A DNA stretch of 64,000 nt from a virus. Under the pieces are notes generated by a model. It worked only from the letters and a program-made list of their open reading frames with translations, was not told the origin of the DNA and searched no databases. The position numbers and the translations under genes are program-made. The DNA lies in IMG/VR virus record IMGVR_UViG_3300027749_000093, positions 8,428 to 72,427 of that record; one strand, 5' to 3'. Positions 21,201-31,405 of this stretch are shown in pieces; within the stretch, counting starts at the first letter, position 1; each line of letters starts with the position of its first letter.

Positions 21201-24200
21201 AAGATGTTAAAAATGTAGTTAAAGCTGTTTCTAAATTAGTAGAAAAAACTACAGGAAACCCATTAGAAGTAAACATACACGAAACACCATCTAGTTATGA
21301 AAAAGCAGTAATAGATGCAGGTGGAACAAAACAAGATTCTACTACAAAAGGATTTTATTTAGATGCTGATGGAACTATCCATCTAAACATGGAAAGAGTT
21401 ACTACAGATACTATGCTTCATGAAGGGTTTCATCCTGTTTTAGATTATATGGCTAAAAATAGACCTGATATAATTGACAACCTACATAGTCAATTAGAAG
21501 GTTTAAAAGGTGGTAAAGAAGTCATAGATAACGCAAACAAACTTTATGAAGGTTCAGATGCAACAACTATAAAAAAAGAAGCAATTACTGATTTTATAGC
21601 AAAAGTAGCAGATGGAACAATTAAAATAGATAAAACAAATTTTCAAAAAGTAAAAGACTTTTTTGTAAATGCTGTAAATAAGTTAGGATTTGAATTAGGA
21701 AAAGATATAAATACTATTACTGACCTTAAAAAATTAGCAGAATTAGTTTCTGAGAAATTTACCAAAGGAGAAGAAATAGAAATTAAAAATGGTTCAAAAG
21801 CAAATTCAAGTGAAAGAGTACAATTTCAATCAGATTTTAAACATCAAGAAAGTGGAATAGAGTGGAAATATTTTAAAAATTCAAAAGAATTTAAAAAATT
21901 AGTAGATGATGGTTATGTAACTTTTGATAAAAATATAGATGATTTTAAAGGGGCAGTCGTACTTCATGCGCCCGATGCAGGTTTCTCAGGACAAATATTA
22001 AAAGATGGACAATTAATTGCTAATGGTAAGGGTGGAATGTATTACCCTATGGTGTTTCATGAAAATGGTGATTTTTGGGCAGCTACATCAAGAGGTGCAT
22101 CTAAATTAGCAGAAACATTAAATGAAGCTAGAAAAAAATCTCCTGATGGTAAAGTTAGAATGGTTTTAATTTCTGCCCCAATTGATAAATTAATGTCTTC
22201 ATCTTTGAATGGCATTGGGTTGGTAGATATTTTAACATCAAAGGCTTTTAGTGAAAAATCAGGTATTACTCCTGAGCAATTAAGAAAAGCTATAATAAAA
22301 GGCATAAAAACTACTGAAAAACTAAAGAATGAAAACAAAGATGGCATGAAACCATCTCAAAAACCATTACCTAAAATAACAGGTAATGAAACTATGGCTG
22401 ATTTACATATAAAATTAAAAGATTTTTATCCTGCTGAAAATTCTGACTTTCCCGTTAGAAAATCTTTAAATCAAAATATACTAGAAGGAATTGCATCTTA
22501 TTCATCATCTCCAAAAGTAGCTAAACAATTAGCTGAATTTCTTGGGGCAGGAACTTTTAATGAAAAACTTAAAAGCACAGGAGGAAAACTTTCAAGGGCT
22601 AATTTAACTCAAGGTTTTTCTAATATTTTAGCTGAACCTACATTAAGGGGTGAACAGTCAGGTAAAATGTATGCCATAATTGAATTAGGGGCAGATGTTA
22701 AGCCTGTAAAAACTTCTGAACATGAATCATACCCTTATACATTAAGGTCTACAGATGCCAACGAAAAGCCAACTATACACATTTTATCTCAAAGAGATTA
22801 TTGGTATAATCATGTAAATGATGAGAATGGCAATTCGATAGCAAGTAATAAAGAAAAACAAGCATCTATGCTTCCTGCATCAGCAGGTATTAGTTCGGTT
22901 GTAAATTTAAATCCAACTAAAACAGAAGGGGTTTCTCCATTAGCAGAAAAAGCAAAACCACAATTTTCAAGAGAAGAAAATGAAAATGAAGATATAGTTT
23001 CTGCATCTGTAAATGTTGCCCCATTATATTCTACTAGAGTAGATAGTCCTGAGCAAGCTGCTTTATTACAAAATTCTGAATTTTATAAAGAATTTAAAAA
23101 TAAAAATGAAAAATTAGCAGGTTATTTTAATTTAAAAGTTGATAATCAAAAAGATGGAATAGGAGGATTTGCAGGTGTAAGTGAAGTAACTACAGTAGTT
23201 AATGTAACAGGAAAGTTTGAAGATATTGTTAAATATGCAGCAATTAATGGTTCTTTAACTCCTGAAGTTCAGGAATCAACCATTGCAGGTATGTATGTAG
23301 AAAAAGGTAGCAAATACCATAATGCAGATAAGATAGAGGTTGGTATTAATGATATGAAAGCTGCTATGAGGGCTGTAAAAGATGCAGGATTTGATGAAAA
23401 TGGTTATACTCTTTTAAACGATGAAATATCATTTTTTAACATACATGAATTTAAAATAGATGGTTTTGAAGAAAAAATTAATATCTTTGAATCTAAATAC
23501 AAAGAATATGGAGGACAAATTACAAGAGAAGATTACCACGCAGTCAGAAGTGAATACATCGATGCTGAAAGAAGAAAAGCCATTATATCAAAGATTGATG
23601 GAGAAGGGTTACAGCGAGAGCAAGATAGGACAGGGCTTCGTAATGAATTGGAAAATGCCAAAGAAAGAAACGAAAACTTCTTAAATTGGAAGAAAATAAA
23701 TGAATCTGATGCTGCTATAGAATATAGAGATTTAAGGCAAAAACAATTAGAATTAGCTGATAAAGGTGAATCACTTTCTGATAAAGATGATGCTAGAATA
23801 AAAGAATTAGAAGGCAAATTATCTGAGCCATTAGCATCAATAATATCATCTGATAAAAAACAATACGAAAAAGCTAAAAAAGAAATAGACACTATAGCTA
23901 ATGATGTTGCATCATTGGTAGCAGGTGGATTTAAATCTGAATTTGGTATTAAAAGACCTTCAAGGGCTGCTGTAAAAGTAGTTAGATGGTACGATGTTCA
24001 ACCTAATTTATTGGCAGATGGTGCTAGGGCAAATGTAATTGTTAATACAAATGCTGATGCAGATTTTTTATTTAATGAAATAAAAAGAAGATTTAATTCC
24101 ACATTAAATAGAAATGAGGGAGAAACCACTAATTTAGGTTATCCTAAAAGACTTATTGAATTAAGAACTAAAAGTGGTAAAATAGCCGAAATACAGGTAA

Positions 24201-27200
24201 TGACACCTCAAGGCTATTTAGCAAAAGATGGTATTTCGCATTTTCCTGAAGATGCAAAATCAAAAGCAAAAGAATCTTTAAAAGAAGTTAGAAATAAATT
24301 AGGATGGGATATACCTGATGGTGTAGGACATTATTTTTATGAAATACATAGAGACCCTAATGTTCCAAAATCATTAAAAATACAAGCAGAAGAATTAAGT
24401 AATAAATATTATAAAGCATTTTTAGATTCAGAATCAAAACTTACAGATAGTGAATTTAGAAAAGATATTACTAATTTTAAAGATAAAGTAGATGCTGCTA
24501 ATAAATCTAAATGGGATAATGGCAATGAAGGAAAATCTCCAAAAACATTAGATAAATATTTAGAGCAACCAATTTTAGAAAATAAACAACAATTTTCTAA
24601 AGAAGACCAAGATTCTAAAATAAAAGACTTTATAGAAATACAAAGACAAAAAGGTATTTCAGATAAAGACATACAAGCAGGATTAGAAAAAGCATCTGAA
24701 AAGATAGGGATAGATAAGGCTAAGATAGATGAATTAATGTCTACTCCTAAAGTAAAAGAAAAAGGCGATTTACAAAGCCAATACGATAGTATTAAATCAG
24801 AAAAAGCAAAGAAAAAATTCATTACAAAGAATTTTGGAGAAGTATCTGATGAACAACTATCTGATATAGTAAAAAACAACACAGATTTACAAACAATTAA
24901 AGATAAAATAGATGCCATACAAAAGTCAGGCGCAGGAGAAGTACTTCAACGCAAACAGGAAGGAGATGGAAGCCAAGGGGGTAAACGTGGAGGAATGGAA
25001 CAAGGAGAGCAAGGGAATGAAACTACCACCGAGAAAAACGGAGAAGAAAATGGGAATGGGCAAAGGGTTGGTATCTCCCATAAATCGTTAACTGAATTAG
25101 CTGATAAATTAGGATTAGAACAACCTCAAACAGGTGATGTTTTAACACCTGAAGAATATTCTGAAAGAGGTAAGTTACTTATTAAAAATGGTGCAGACCC
25201 AATAAAAGCAGCAGAAGAATTTAAAAAAGATAATAAAGTAAATTCTGATATAATATCTGTTGCTAGGGCGCATTTTAATGAATTAATAAGGGATGCTAAT
25301 GATGCACGAATAAAATTTGGCATTGGTAGTGAAGAATATAAAAAATCAATTAAAGAAGCAAATGATTGGGCTAAAAATGTCGTTAAGCCAATGGGAACTG
25401 CTTTTGGTGAAATAGGTCGTTCATTACAAGGGCAAGTTGATTTAGATACAGGTAATTTTGTTAGTGTATCAATGGCTGTGCAAGAAAAGACAGGAAAAGA
25501 TTTAAGTACAGAACAAACAAAAGAAGTAGAAAGATTAACAAAAAATGTTAGTGATTTAAATAACAAAATACAAGATTTAGAAAAAAAATTAACTGATACT
25601 ATTAGCAAAGGTGAAAAAACTGAACCTAAAGCAAAAGAAGGAATAAAAGAAAAATCAAAAGAAATTGCTAATGTTATTAGAAAAGGTAAATTATCAAGAC
25701 CTGATATATTTTCTTCTGCTAGTCCTGCTTCATTAGTTTGGGATGCAGCAGTAGAAATTACGGCTAAAACAGTAGAAGTAAGTGGTGATATTGCACAAGC
25801 TATTGCAGATGGATTAGAACATATTAAAAATAGTGATTGGTATAAAAATTCTGATTCCGATAAACAAAAAGCAGCACAAAAAGCCTTTAGAGATTTTGTA
25901 CAAAATCAAGATATAAAAATAAAATTTGCAGAAAAGAAAGACAATAAGTTTACAACAGAAGAAGCAAAATCTATATGGGAATATGCTAAAGAAGAATATT
26001 TAGACAAAGGAAGTGACTATAGAGAAATGCTTAATGGAGTTTCAAAAGACTTAGGATTAAATAGAGACCAAGTAAGAACTGCTATTTCTCAGCCAAAAGG
26101 TGCAAAAGAAATAACAGATGAAATGTATCGTAATATAAACAAAAGAAATAATGCTATTAATGAAGCAAAACAATGGGTAGAAGAACAGGGTAATTCTAAA
26201 ATTAAAAATTTTAGAAAATCTATTCCTAGTGCATTTTTTAAATTAAAAACATTTGGACATGGAACTGTAGGAGGAATTACTCACGCAGGTACTAATATAT
26301 TTCAACCATCAAAATGGAAAAGTTATTTACCTTTTTTTGCTAAACAATTCAAGTATGCATTTGGTGATACTGCCAAATATGAAATGGCAATGGAAGATTT
26401 AAAAAATGACCCACAATTTACTTTTTGGCAAAGGGCAGGATTAGCGGTTGACCCTAAAATTAAATATGATGATTATCAAGGAAATTATGTAGATGCAGAA
26501 GGAAAAATAAATGGTATTAAAAAATTGTTTAATAGATTGGGAGTTACAGGTGATAGAGGATTTAATGCTTTAAAAGTATATAGACTTGATTTAGCCAAAG
26601 GATTTTATGATAGATTATCTAATGAAGAAAAGGCTGACCCTAATACAGCAAAAGAAATAGCTAAATTAGTAAATCATTCTACAGGCACAAGTGAATTAGA
26701 TTTAGGAAGAGGTAGAATATCTAAAATTGTTAATACTACATTTTTTGCACCTAAATTAGAAGCATCAAGATGGCAAGGATTAATTGGAGACCCTGTAAAA
26801 GCAGCCAAAACATTTACAAATTGGAAAGAAGCTAGTCCTGCAGAAAAAGCAGGTGCTAAATTAGTTGCTAGAAATGCAGGAGAAAAAATTGCTACTTATG
26901 TAGCTTTATTAGCAGCTAATTCAGCATTGTTATCATTAATGGGTTCTAAACAAAAAATTAATTATACTAATCCATTAAGTTCTGATTGGCTTAAATTTAA
27001 AACAGGTGGCGGTAAAACATTAGATGTAACAGGTGGAACATTAGCATCTATGAAACTATTAGGTACTTTACTTGATAATACAGTTATAGGTTATACAGGT
27101 AATAAAAAACAATTATGGAAAAAACCTGCTGAAAAAGATTATCAAACAATTTTAACTCAAGCAAGATATAAACTATCTCCTTTTGCAAGTACAATAGCAG

Positions 27201-27475
27201 ATATAGTAGAAACTACAGATGCTATGGGTAGACCATTGCCATATTCTCATGTTAAACCTAAAAAAGGAGAAACTCAATATACTATTGGAAGCTATATAGT
27301 ACAACAACAAGCACCTATACCTGTTTCAGCAGGTGTTAGAGAAGCTATTGGAAGTATGAAAGAAAGAGGAATGACAAATCTTCAAATAGAAGATGTATTA
27401 ATGGGTACTTTATATTTTACAGTAGAAGGATTTACAGGTGCTAAATTAGGGAACGAACCAAAAAAGAAAAAATAA
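18254..27475 (+). CDS. giant polyvalent virion-injected protein (ART-like, zincin metallopeptidase and RelA/SpoT-like domains)
   Basis: 3073 aa; LHRGG...AEGYA...LKKAGVD; HEGFH...E; IKRPSRAAVK...DGARA...GY...AEIQV...GHYFYE. Confidence 0.75.
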   Translation: MAEESVQPEVQDVNQEAPKTGEIDKLFNVVSSKGLYTKSKDEFIQKYSTPESVDKLFQVVSDKGLYTKSKGDFYSKYYPNLSSQKNTEQVGGLTAYSDSRQKTIPTEEIKRPSKLTDYTSAPLEMVSKAKATEVSRKPSTQPVRKIATEEKAAAEGTSTNLQLPTTLKGGQFGIVAEPQQEGELQQKLQKREDDKQTAIKNSLLNQGIKPNTQQYLQKERDLNNQLSNDNLVVDKDNSGEPKLFRSEGFAETLGKTIYNSFKAPIDAYDVNKISDPNQFVQKMNEQTEEESSKPSKILGSGAELIGGVVKPISLLALNAVAGGMGTTAMVAEAYYSALANEKRKLYIAGKQQGLSDVDAAKKAMDVATYTALPDAAMAFVMSGELGNLPKTVPAVADNTFKNALIKSGKSVLKIAALGGASEIGKIGVESLGGYKETLPNAIGRVWGSTAEWGKMDLGFRIIGGIIPAAGYLKAAAKNWLKNVPEELIQLKSEQYGDAGEKIKQSIADYKNAASNVEGYVPDEHLASFAGKIEKSNKLQDDITQKQLDKIGKPEFVQNKIDEEISDIQKQIDGINKEVNTAAKKGVEPKEIDDATGIEAGVEPKINVEPIKTETKLEKQAPEVQQPTETQKPTVEAITEVKPTTEKTETKTIEEVTPVVEEVKPTIAKEEVKPVKEVYDRNDTPINIDDIGEGFVLHRGGQEVLDKGFHSIDKIGAEGYAGDEGKTTSSTIKKDAKILKLVSGDSENYSDNAKDIDEFYRIIGEKERKKGSEWATGENPSDITTRLWDNKSAQEKLKKAGVDIVIGNTIDGVDAFVVNKDALEPISKPKSETPKEQVNAVAKNKTKKVKDNDNEQVIETVKSLLQVIKSAEARLSEYPKEASMQINEAIGLLKPFLDLLPESEKKSQLKQLTGTYPQLEGAKEQLKPKEEKTTADTVHDDLLTHLGIIEEPKGETKPAKKYTSKNIDTITEEGLNDTQKKVVKDVKNVVKAVSKLVEKTTGNPLEVNIHETPSSYEKAVIDAGGTKQDSTTKGFYLDADGTIHLNMERVTTDTMLHEGFHPVLDYMAKNRPDIIDNLHSQLEGLKGGKEVIDNANKLYEGSDATTIKKEAITDFIAKVADGTIKIDKTNFQKVKDFFVNAVNKLGFELGKDINTITDLKKLAELVSEKFTKGEEIEIKNGSKANSSERVQFQSDFKHQESGIEWKYFKNSKEFKKLVDDGYVTFDKNIDDFKGAVVLHAPDAGFSGQILKDGQLIANGKGGMYYPMVFHENGDFWAATSRGASKLAETLNEARKKSPDGKVRMVLISAPIDKLMSSSLNGIGLVDILTSKAFSEKSGITPEQLRKAIIKGIKTTEKLKNENKDGMKPSQKPLPKITGNETMADLHIKLKDFYPAENSDFPVRKSLNQNILEGIASYSSSPKVAKQLAEFLGAGTFNEKLKSTGGKLSRANLTQGFSNILAEPTLRGEQSGKMYAIIELGADVKPVKTSEHESYPYTLRSTDANEKPTIHILSQRDYWYNHVNDENGNSIASNKEKQASMLPASAGISSVVNLNPTKTEGVSPLAEKAKPQFSREENENEDIVSASVNVAPLYSTRVDSPEQAALLQNSEFYKEFKNKNEKLAGYFNLKVDNQKDGIGGFAGVSEVTTVVNVTGKFEDIVKYAAINGSLTPEVQESTIAGMYVEKGSKYHNADKIEVGINDMKAAMRAVKDAGFDENGYTLLNDEISFFNIHEFKIDGFEEKINIFESKYKEYGGQITREDYHAVRSEYIDAERRKAIISKIDGEGLQREQDRTGLRNELENAKERNENFLNWKKINESDAAIEYRDLRQKQLELADKGESLSDKDDARIKELEGKLSEPLASIISSDKKQYEKAKKEIDTIANDVASLVAGGFKSEFGIKRPSRAAVKVVRWYDVQPNLLADGARANVIVNTNADADFLFNEIKRRFNSTLNRNEGETTNLGYPKRLIELRTKSGKIAEIQVMTPQGYLAKDGISHFPEDAKSKAKESLKEVRNKLGWDIPDGVGHYFYEIHRDPNVPKSLKIQAEELSNKYYKAFLDSESKLTDSEFRKDITNFKDKVDAANKSKWDNGNEGKSPKTLDKYLEQPILENKQQFSKEDQDSKIKDFIEIQRQKGISDKDIQAGLEKASEKIGIDKAKIDELMSTPKVKEKGDLQSQYDSIKSEKAKKKFITKNFGEVSDEQLSDIVKNNTDLQTIKDKIDAIQKSGAGEVLQRKQEGDGSQGGKRGGMEQGEQGNETTTEKNGEENGNGQRVGISHKSLTELADKLGLEQPQTGDVLTPEEYSERGKLLIKNGADPIKAAEEFKKDNKVNSDIISVARAHFNELIRDANDARIKFGIGSEEYKKSIKEANDWAKNVVKPMGTAFGEIGRSLQGQVDLDTGNFVSVSMAVQEKTGKDLSTEQTKEVERLTKNVSDLNNKIQDLEKKLTDTISKGEKTEPKAKEGIKEKSKEIANVIRKGKLSRPDIFSSASPASLVWDAAVEITAKTVEVSGDIAQAIADGLEHIKNSDWYKNSDSDKQKAAQKAFRDFVQNQDIKIKFAEKKDNKFTTEEAKSIWEYAKEEYLDKGSDYREMLNGVSKDLGLNRDQVRTAISQPKGAKEITDEMYRNINKRNNAINEAKQWVEEQGNSKIKNFRKSIPSAFFKLKTFGHGTVGGITHAGTNIFQPSKWKSYLPFFAKQFKYAFGDTAKYEMAMEDLKNDPQFTFWQRAGLAVDPKIKYDDYQGNYVDAEGKINGIKKLFNRLGVTGDRGFNALKVYRLDLAKGFYDRLSNEEKADPNTAKEIAKLVNHSTGTSELDLGRGRISKIVNTTFFAPKLEASRWQGLIGDPVKAAKTFTNWKEASPAEKAGAKLVARNAGEKIATYVALLAANSALLSLMGSKQKINYTNPLSSDWLKFKTGGGKTLDVTGGTLASMKLLGTLLDNTVIGYTGNKKQLWKKPAEKDYQTILTQARYKLSPFASTIADIVETTDAMGRPLPYSHVKPKKGETQYTIGSYIVQQQAPIPVSAGVREAIGSMKERGMTNLQIEDVLMGTLYFTVEGFTGAKLGNEPKKKK

Positions 27476-27479
27476 ACCA

Positions 27480-28052
27480 ATGTACACCGAAAAAGACTTT
27501 AACAAATGCCTATTTAACCCATGCAAAAAAGATTTATTTGTAGTATATCCTAGATTGATGACTATAAAAAATGTAAAGGAGAAACTTATAAGATATATCA
27601 TAGCGGTATATGATTATAATTCTCCTATTGTAAAGGAATATAGGGATTTAAGAATTAGAAAGCAACAAGCAGCAGAATTTGCAGGATATAACCTATCTTC
27701 GGATGGCAGTTACCTAGAGTCTTTATTTAGCTTAAAGGACAATGATGCATTAGACTGTATAGATAGATTTATTAAGGAGTTTATTAATAGCCGATTATGG
27801 GCTAGAATAATGGCAGATGAAGAATTCTATTGGCAAACATTTAAGAGAATGACAAAGCCAATTGAAGATAGTACAGATGGCAGGGATAAAGCAAATGTAG
27901 ATGCATTTCTAAGTAAGGGTAAACTTGGCGAAGAAATGGAAAAAATCGAATTGAGAATTGATGCAGCATATAGAAAATTGTATGGTGATGAAGATGCGAG
28001 TAAGTTTGTTGTAAAACGTGCTACTCCTGAAGATATGGCTGCTACTAACTAA
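27480..28052 (+). CDS. putative terminase small subunit
   Basis: helical 190-aa ORF directly upstream of TerL (position only). Confidence 0.45.
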   Translation: MYTEKDFNKCLFNPCKKDLFVVYPRLMTIKNVKEKLIRYIIAVYDYNSPIVKEYRDLRIRKQQAAEFAGYNLSSDGSYLESLFSLKDNDALDCIDRFIKEFINSRLWARIMADEEFYWQTFKRMTKPIEDSTDGRDKANVDAFLSKGKLGEEMEKIELRIDAAYRKLYGDEDASKFVVKRATPEDMAATN

Positions 28053-28056
28053 TCTT

Positions 28057-30090
28057 ATGTTTAAAAAAATTGATGGCGCATCAGTAATTGAATTGCATGG
28101 GTTAACCATGAATATTCCGTCATTAGGATATGGTATATCTGAAAGTGGGGATGTAAAATCTGTAGAGGTATTTAAAAGAAGTAATGTAGATTCAGAACAA
28201 TATTGGGAAGTAGATGCATTACCTGACAATTGGGAAGATTTAAGATATCAAGAAAAGCAAAAACAAGAGATAGATGAAGACTATTTTGACCCAATCTTAG
28301 AAGAAATAAGGGCTAAATGGTGGCATAGAAGAATATACGGGGTATGGTTTTACAATAATGGGATGGAAATATACCTTACAGGACTGCATTGGTTTTACCT
28401 TACTTGTTGGCAGCTAGATACAGGATTACCTTTATTTAGGATGATTGACTTAGAGGTATTTTATATGTGGATGTATTGTGTTGAAGACCCTGATTGTTTT
28501 GGATTGCTTTATACCTGTAAAAGGCGGAACGGTAAGACGGCAATTTCATCTTGTATGATTTACGAATGTATTTCTAGGAGTACAAGGGCTTTAGGAGGTA
28601 TGCAATCCAAGACATTAGAAGATGCAGCAGAAATATTTGACTACCATATTGTACCTGCATTCCAACAATTACCTGATTTTTTTATACCTGTATACGATAA
28701 ATCAAGGGGTAGTACACCTAAAAAAGAATTGCTATTTCAACTTACATCTGTTAAGGGTAGAGATTCATCGTCTAACTTTAGGGGAAAACAATTACGTTCT
28801 GTAATAGACTATAAAGAAAGCAATCCTAAAGCATACGATGGTAAAAGACTTAAAAGATATGTAGGTGATGAAAGGGGTAAGGTAGAGTTTGATGTAATAC
28901 AAGGACATATTATGATAAGGAAGTGTCTTGTAGACATCCAAAGAAGAATTATAGGTAAGATGCTTATTACTACTACAGTAGAGGAATTGGGTATTAAATA
29001 TAGATATGATGAGTTGTGGAAGTGGAGTGACCAAAGAAAAAGACAAGAAGACGGAAGAACAAAAAGTGGGCTATATAAATTATTTATTCCTGCAGATAGG
29101 TCAGGAGAGTTTAATGTATATGGTGAACCACACATACTAAAAAATCGGAAGTCCATACTAGAAGAGAGAGAAAGACTAAGAGACAGCCCTAGAGATTTAA
29201 TTGCAGAGATAAGAAAAGAACCACTAACAGAAGAAGAAGCATTTAAAGTATCTAACAACGAATGCCATTTTAATCAGCTACTATTAGAAGATGCATATTC
29301 AAATATTACTGCAATAGAAAAAGAAGTAATGTGTTATGGGAATCTAATATGGAAGGACAACAAAATGATGTCTGATGTAGAATGGAAGGATGGTGACAGG
29401 GATTCTAAATTTAAAGTACCTAAATCATTCTTAACACATTGGCTAGAAACTAGAAAATTTGATGATATAATAGAAAAAAGAGGTAACATATTTATACCTA
29501 AAAATTATATCAGATTCACGAGTGCTATTGACCCATTCGCAAATAACATTACAGTAGATTCTATAAATAGTAAGGCAGCAAGCTATGTATACAATAGACA
29601 TGATAATAGTGTAATGTCTAAGACTTTTGATAAATCGTTCATATGGCAGTACCATGCAAGACCTAACACAACATCCTTGCAGAATGAGGATATGATTAAA
29701 CAATGTTTCTTTTTTGGATGCCAATTATTAATAGAAAATAACAGAGAGGGTGGTATAAGAAATGACTTCAAAAACTTTGGTTGTGAAGCATTTATGATGA
29801 AGCTAGACCAATATCCTGACTATGGAATCCCATCATCAGAATCAAATAAATCACTAGGAGTAAACTTACTAGAACAACACATAGAAAGGGAAGGAAGAGA
29901 CAACAAAATATACTTTTCTGAATTAATATACGATTTGATACGTTTTAATGTAAACGAAACAGAGAAATCTAATTTATCAATGGCAGCTATGTGGACACTT
30001 GTAGCATCTTATTATAAGCAATACAACATAAAAACAGATACAAAAGCTATTCAAGTAGGAGATTTCTTCAAAAAGAAAAAAATAGTATAA
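28057..30090 (+). CDS. terL: terminase large subunit (crAss-like)
   Basis: YLTGLHWFYL; Walker A KRRNGKT; Walker B YVGDE; nuclease SAIDPF; YHARP; IENN. Confidence 0.9.
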   Translation: MFKKIDGASVIELHGLTMNIPSLGYGISESGDVKSVEVFKRSNVDSEQYWEVDALPDNWEDLRYQEKQKQEIDEDYFDPILEEIRAKWWHRRIYGVWFYNNGMEIYLTGLHWFYLTCWQLDTGLPLFRMIDLEVFYMWMYCVEDPDCFGLLYTCKRRNGKTAISSCMIYECISRSTRALGGMQSKTLEDAAEIFDYHIVPAFQQLPDFFIPVYDKSRGSTPKKELLFQLTSVKGRDSSSNFRGKQLRSVIDYKESNPKAYDGKRLKRYVGDERGKVEFDVIQGHIMIRKCLVDIQRRIIGKMLITTTVEELGIKYRYDELWKWSDQRKRQEDGRTKSGLYKLFIPADRSGEFNVYGEPHILKNRKSILEERERLRDSPRDLIAEIRKEPLTEEEAFKVSNNECHFNQLLLEDAYSNITAIEKEVMCYGNLIWKDNKMMSDVEWKDGDRDSKFKVPKSFLTHWLETRKFDDIIEKRGNIFIPKNYIRFTSAIDPFANNITVDSINSKAASYVYNRHDNSVMSKTFDKSFIWQYHARPNTTSLQNEDMIKQCFFFGCQLLIENNREGGIRNDFKNFGCEAFMMKLDQYPDYGIPSSESNKSLGVNLLEQHIEREGRDNKIYFSELIYDLIRFNVNETEKSNLSMAAMWTLVASYYKQYNIKTDTKAIQVGDFFKKKKIV

Positions 30091-30710
30091 TGTGGACAGA
30101 TTTTTTTGACCGTATAGTAGTAATAAATCTACCCAAAAGAGTAGATAGACTAATAGAAGTATCAGAAGAACTTGACAATTACGGAATTGAATTTGACTTA
30201 GTTGATGGAATAGAACATGAAAAAGGCGCAGAAGGGTTAAGACAAACAGTAGAAAACATACTAAAAGATTCTATACAAAAGAAGCACAAAGCAATATTGA
30301 TATTTGAAGATGATTGTTTATTCGTAGAACCAAAGGATGTAGTAGATAGGACAATGGAAGATGCCATAAAAGACTTACCTGAATATTGGCACATATTATA
30401 CCTATCTGCACAAGCTACAGATGGTTTTAAAAGAAGACATTCATCCGCATTACTACAACTAGATAAGGCTTTTGCTACACATAGTTGGGCTATATCATTA
30501 CAAGGTATGAAAGAAATCATTGCAGTAGGGCTAGAAGCCCCTATCGATAACTCAATAGTTGATAAGGTTCAACCAATGCAAAGGTGCTTCATAACGTATC
30601 CAATTTTGACAACACAGAGGGCAGGGGTAAGTGACATAGGTAATACATTTATAGATTGGCATCCGTTTTTAATTGGTAGGTATAATCAAAAATTAGCAGA
30701 ATTAAAATGA
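30090..30710 (+). CDS. glycosyltransferase, GT25-like
   Basis: VINLPKRVDR...ILIFEDD...W.ILYL...THSWAIS...PID. Confidence 0.8.
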   Translation: MWTDFFDRIVVINLPKRVDRLIEVSEELDNYGIEFDLVDGIEHEKGAEGLRQTVENILKDSIQKKHKAILIFEDDCLFVEPKDVVDRTMEDAIKDLPEYWHILYLSAQATDGFKRRHSSALLQLDKAFATHSWAISLQGMKEIIAVGLEAPIDNSIVDKVQPMQRCFITYPILTTQRAGVSDIGNTFIDWHPFLIGRYNQKLAELK

Positions 30711-31405
30711 AAAAAATATCCATCGCAATTCCATCATGGAATAGGTACGAAATGACATTAGAATCCTTTGCATCTGTAATGGATGACGAAAGAATAGAAG
30801 AAATAATTATTTCAGATGATGCAAGTGACATAGACTTGTATTATACACTAAAGGCAGCAGTAAGTTCTATGCCTAAAATAAAGATATTTAGAAACAAAGA
30901 AAACCAAGATTGCTATAAGAACAAATGTATAGCAGCAAGTTTGTGTAAGTCAGAATTTATAATTATATTTGATAGCGATAACCAATTGAATAAAGCATAT
31001 TTAGATGCGATTTATAATGAAGAATGGGATGAGAAAGTAATTTTTGCCCCTTCATTTGCTAAACCAACATTTGATTATCGTGCATTTTCAGGTTTGACAA
31101 TAACAAAAGAGAATATAAACGAATACTTTGATAAACCAATGTTTTCTACGATGCTTAACACAATGAATTTTTTTATAAATAGAAAACAATACTTAGACAT
31201 TTGGGATGGCGAGGTAAACCCTGTGACAGCAGATAGTATTTATTTTAATTATTGTTGGTTAGCAACAGGAAATAAAATAAAGGTAGTAGAAGGAATGGAA
31301 TACAAACACTTAGTACATTCAGGAAGTCATTATGTAAATAATGTTTCTAGAACAGGAAACTTTTACGAAGAAGTAGAAACCAAAATAAGAAATATATGTC
31401 AATAG
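30707..31405 (+). CDS. glycosyltransferase, GT2-like
   Basis: ISIAIPSWNR...EIIISDDAS...IIIFDSDN. Confidence 0.85.
   Translation: MKKISIAIPSWNRYEMTLESFASVMDDERIEEIIISDDASDIDLYYTLKAAVSSMPKIKIFRNKENQDCYKNKCIAASLCKSEFIIIFDSDNQLNKAYLDAIYNEEWDEKVIFAPSFAKPTFDYRAFSGLTITKENINEYFDKPMFSTMLNTMNFFINRKQYLDIWDGEVNPVTADSIYFNYCWLATGNKIKVVEGMEYKHLVHSGSHYVNNVSRTGNFYEEVETKIRNICQ

Noticed and set aside
19946-25608. Antisense ORFs inside the giant gene (and similar ones inside other long genes)
   Set aside because: Phe/Ser/Leu-rich shadows of A-rich sense codons with no independent signals
16659-27475. Virion RNA polymerase
   Set aside because: No DxDxD catalytic motif in an RNAP-like context; DADG lies in the zincin region
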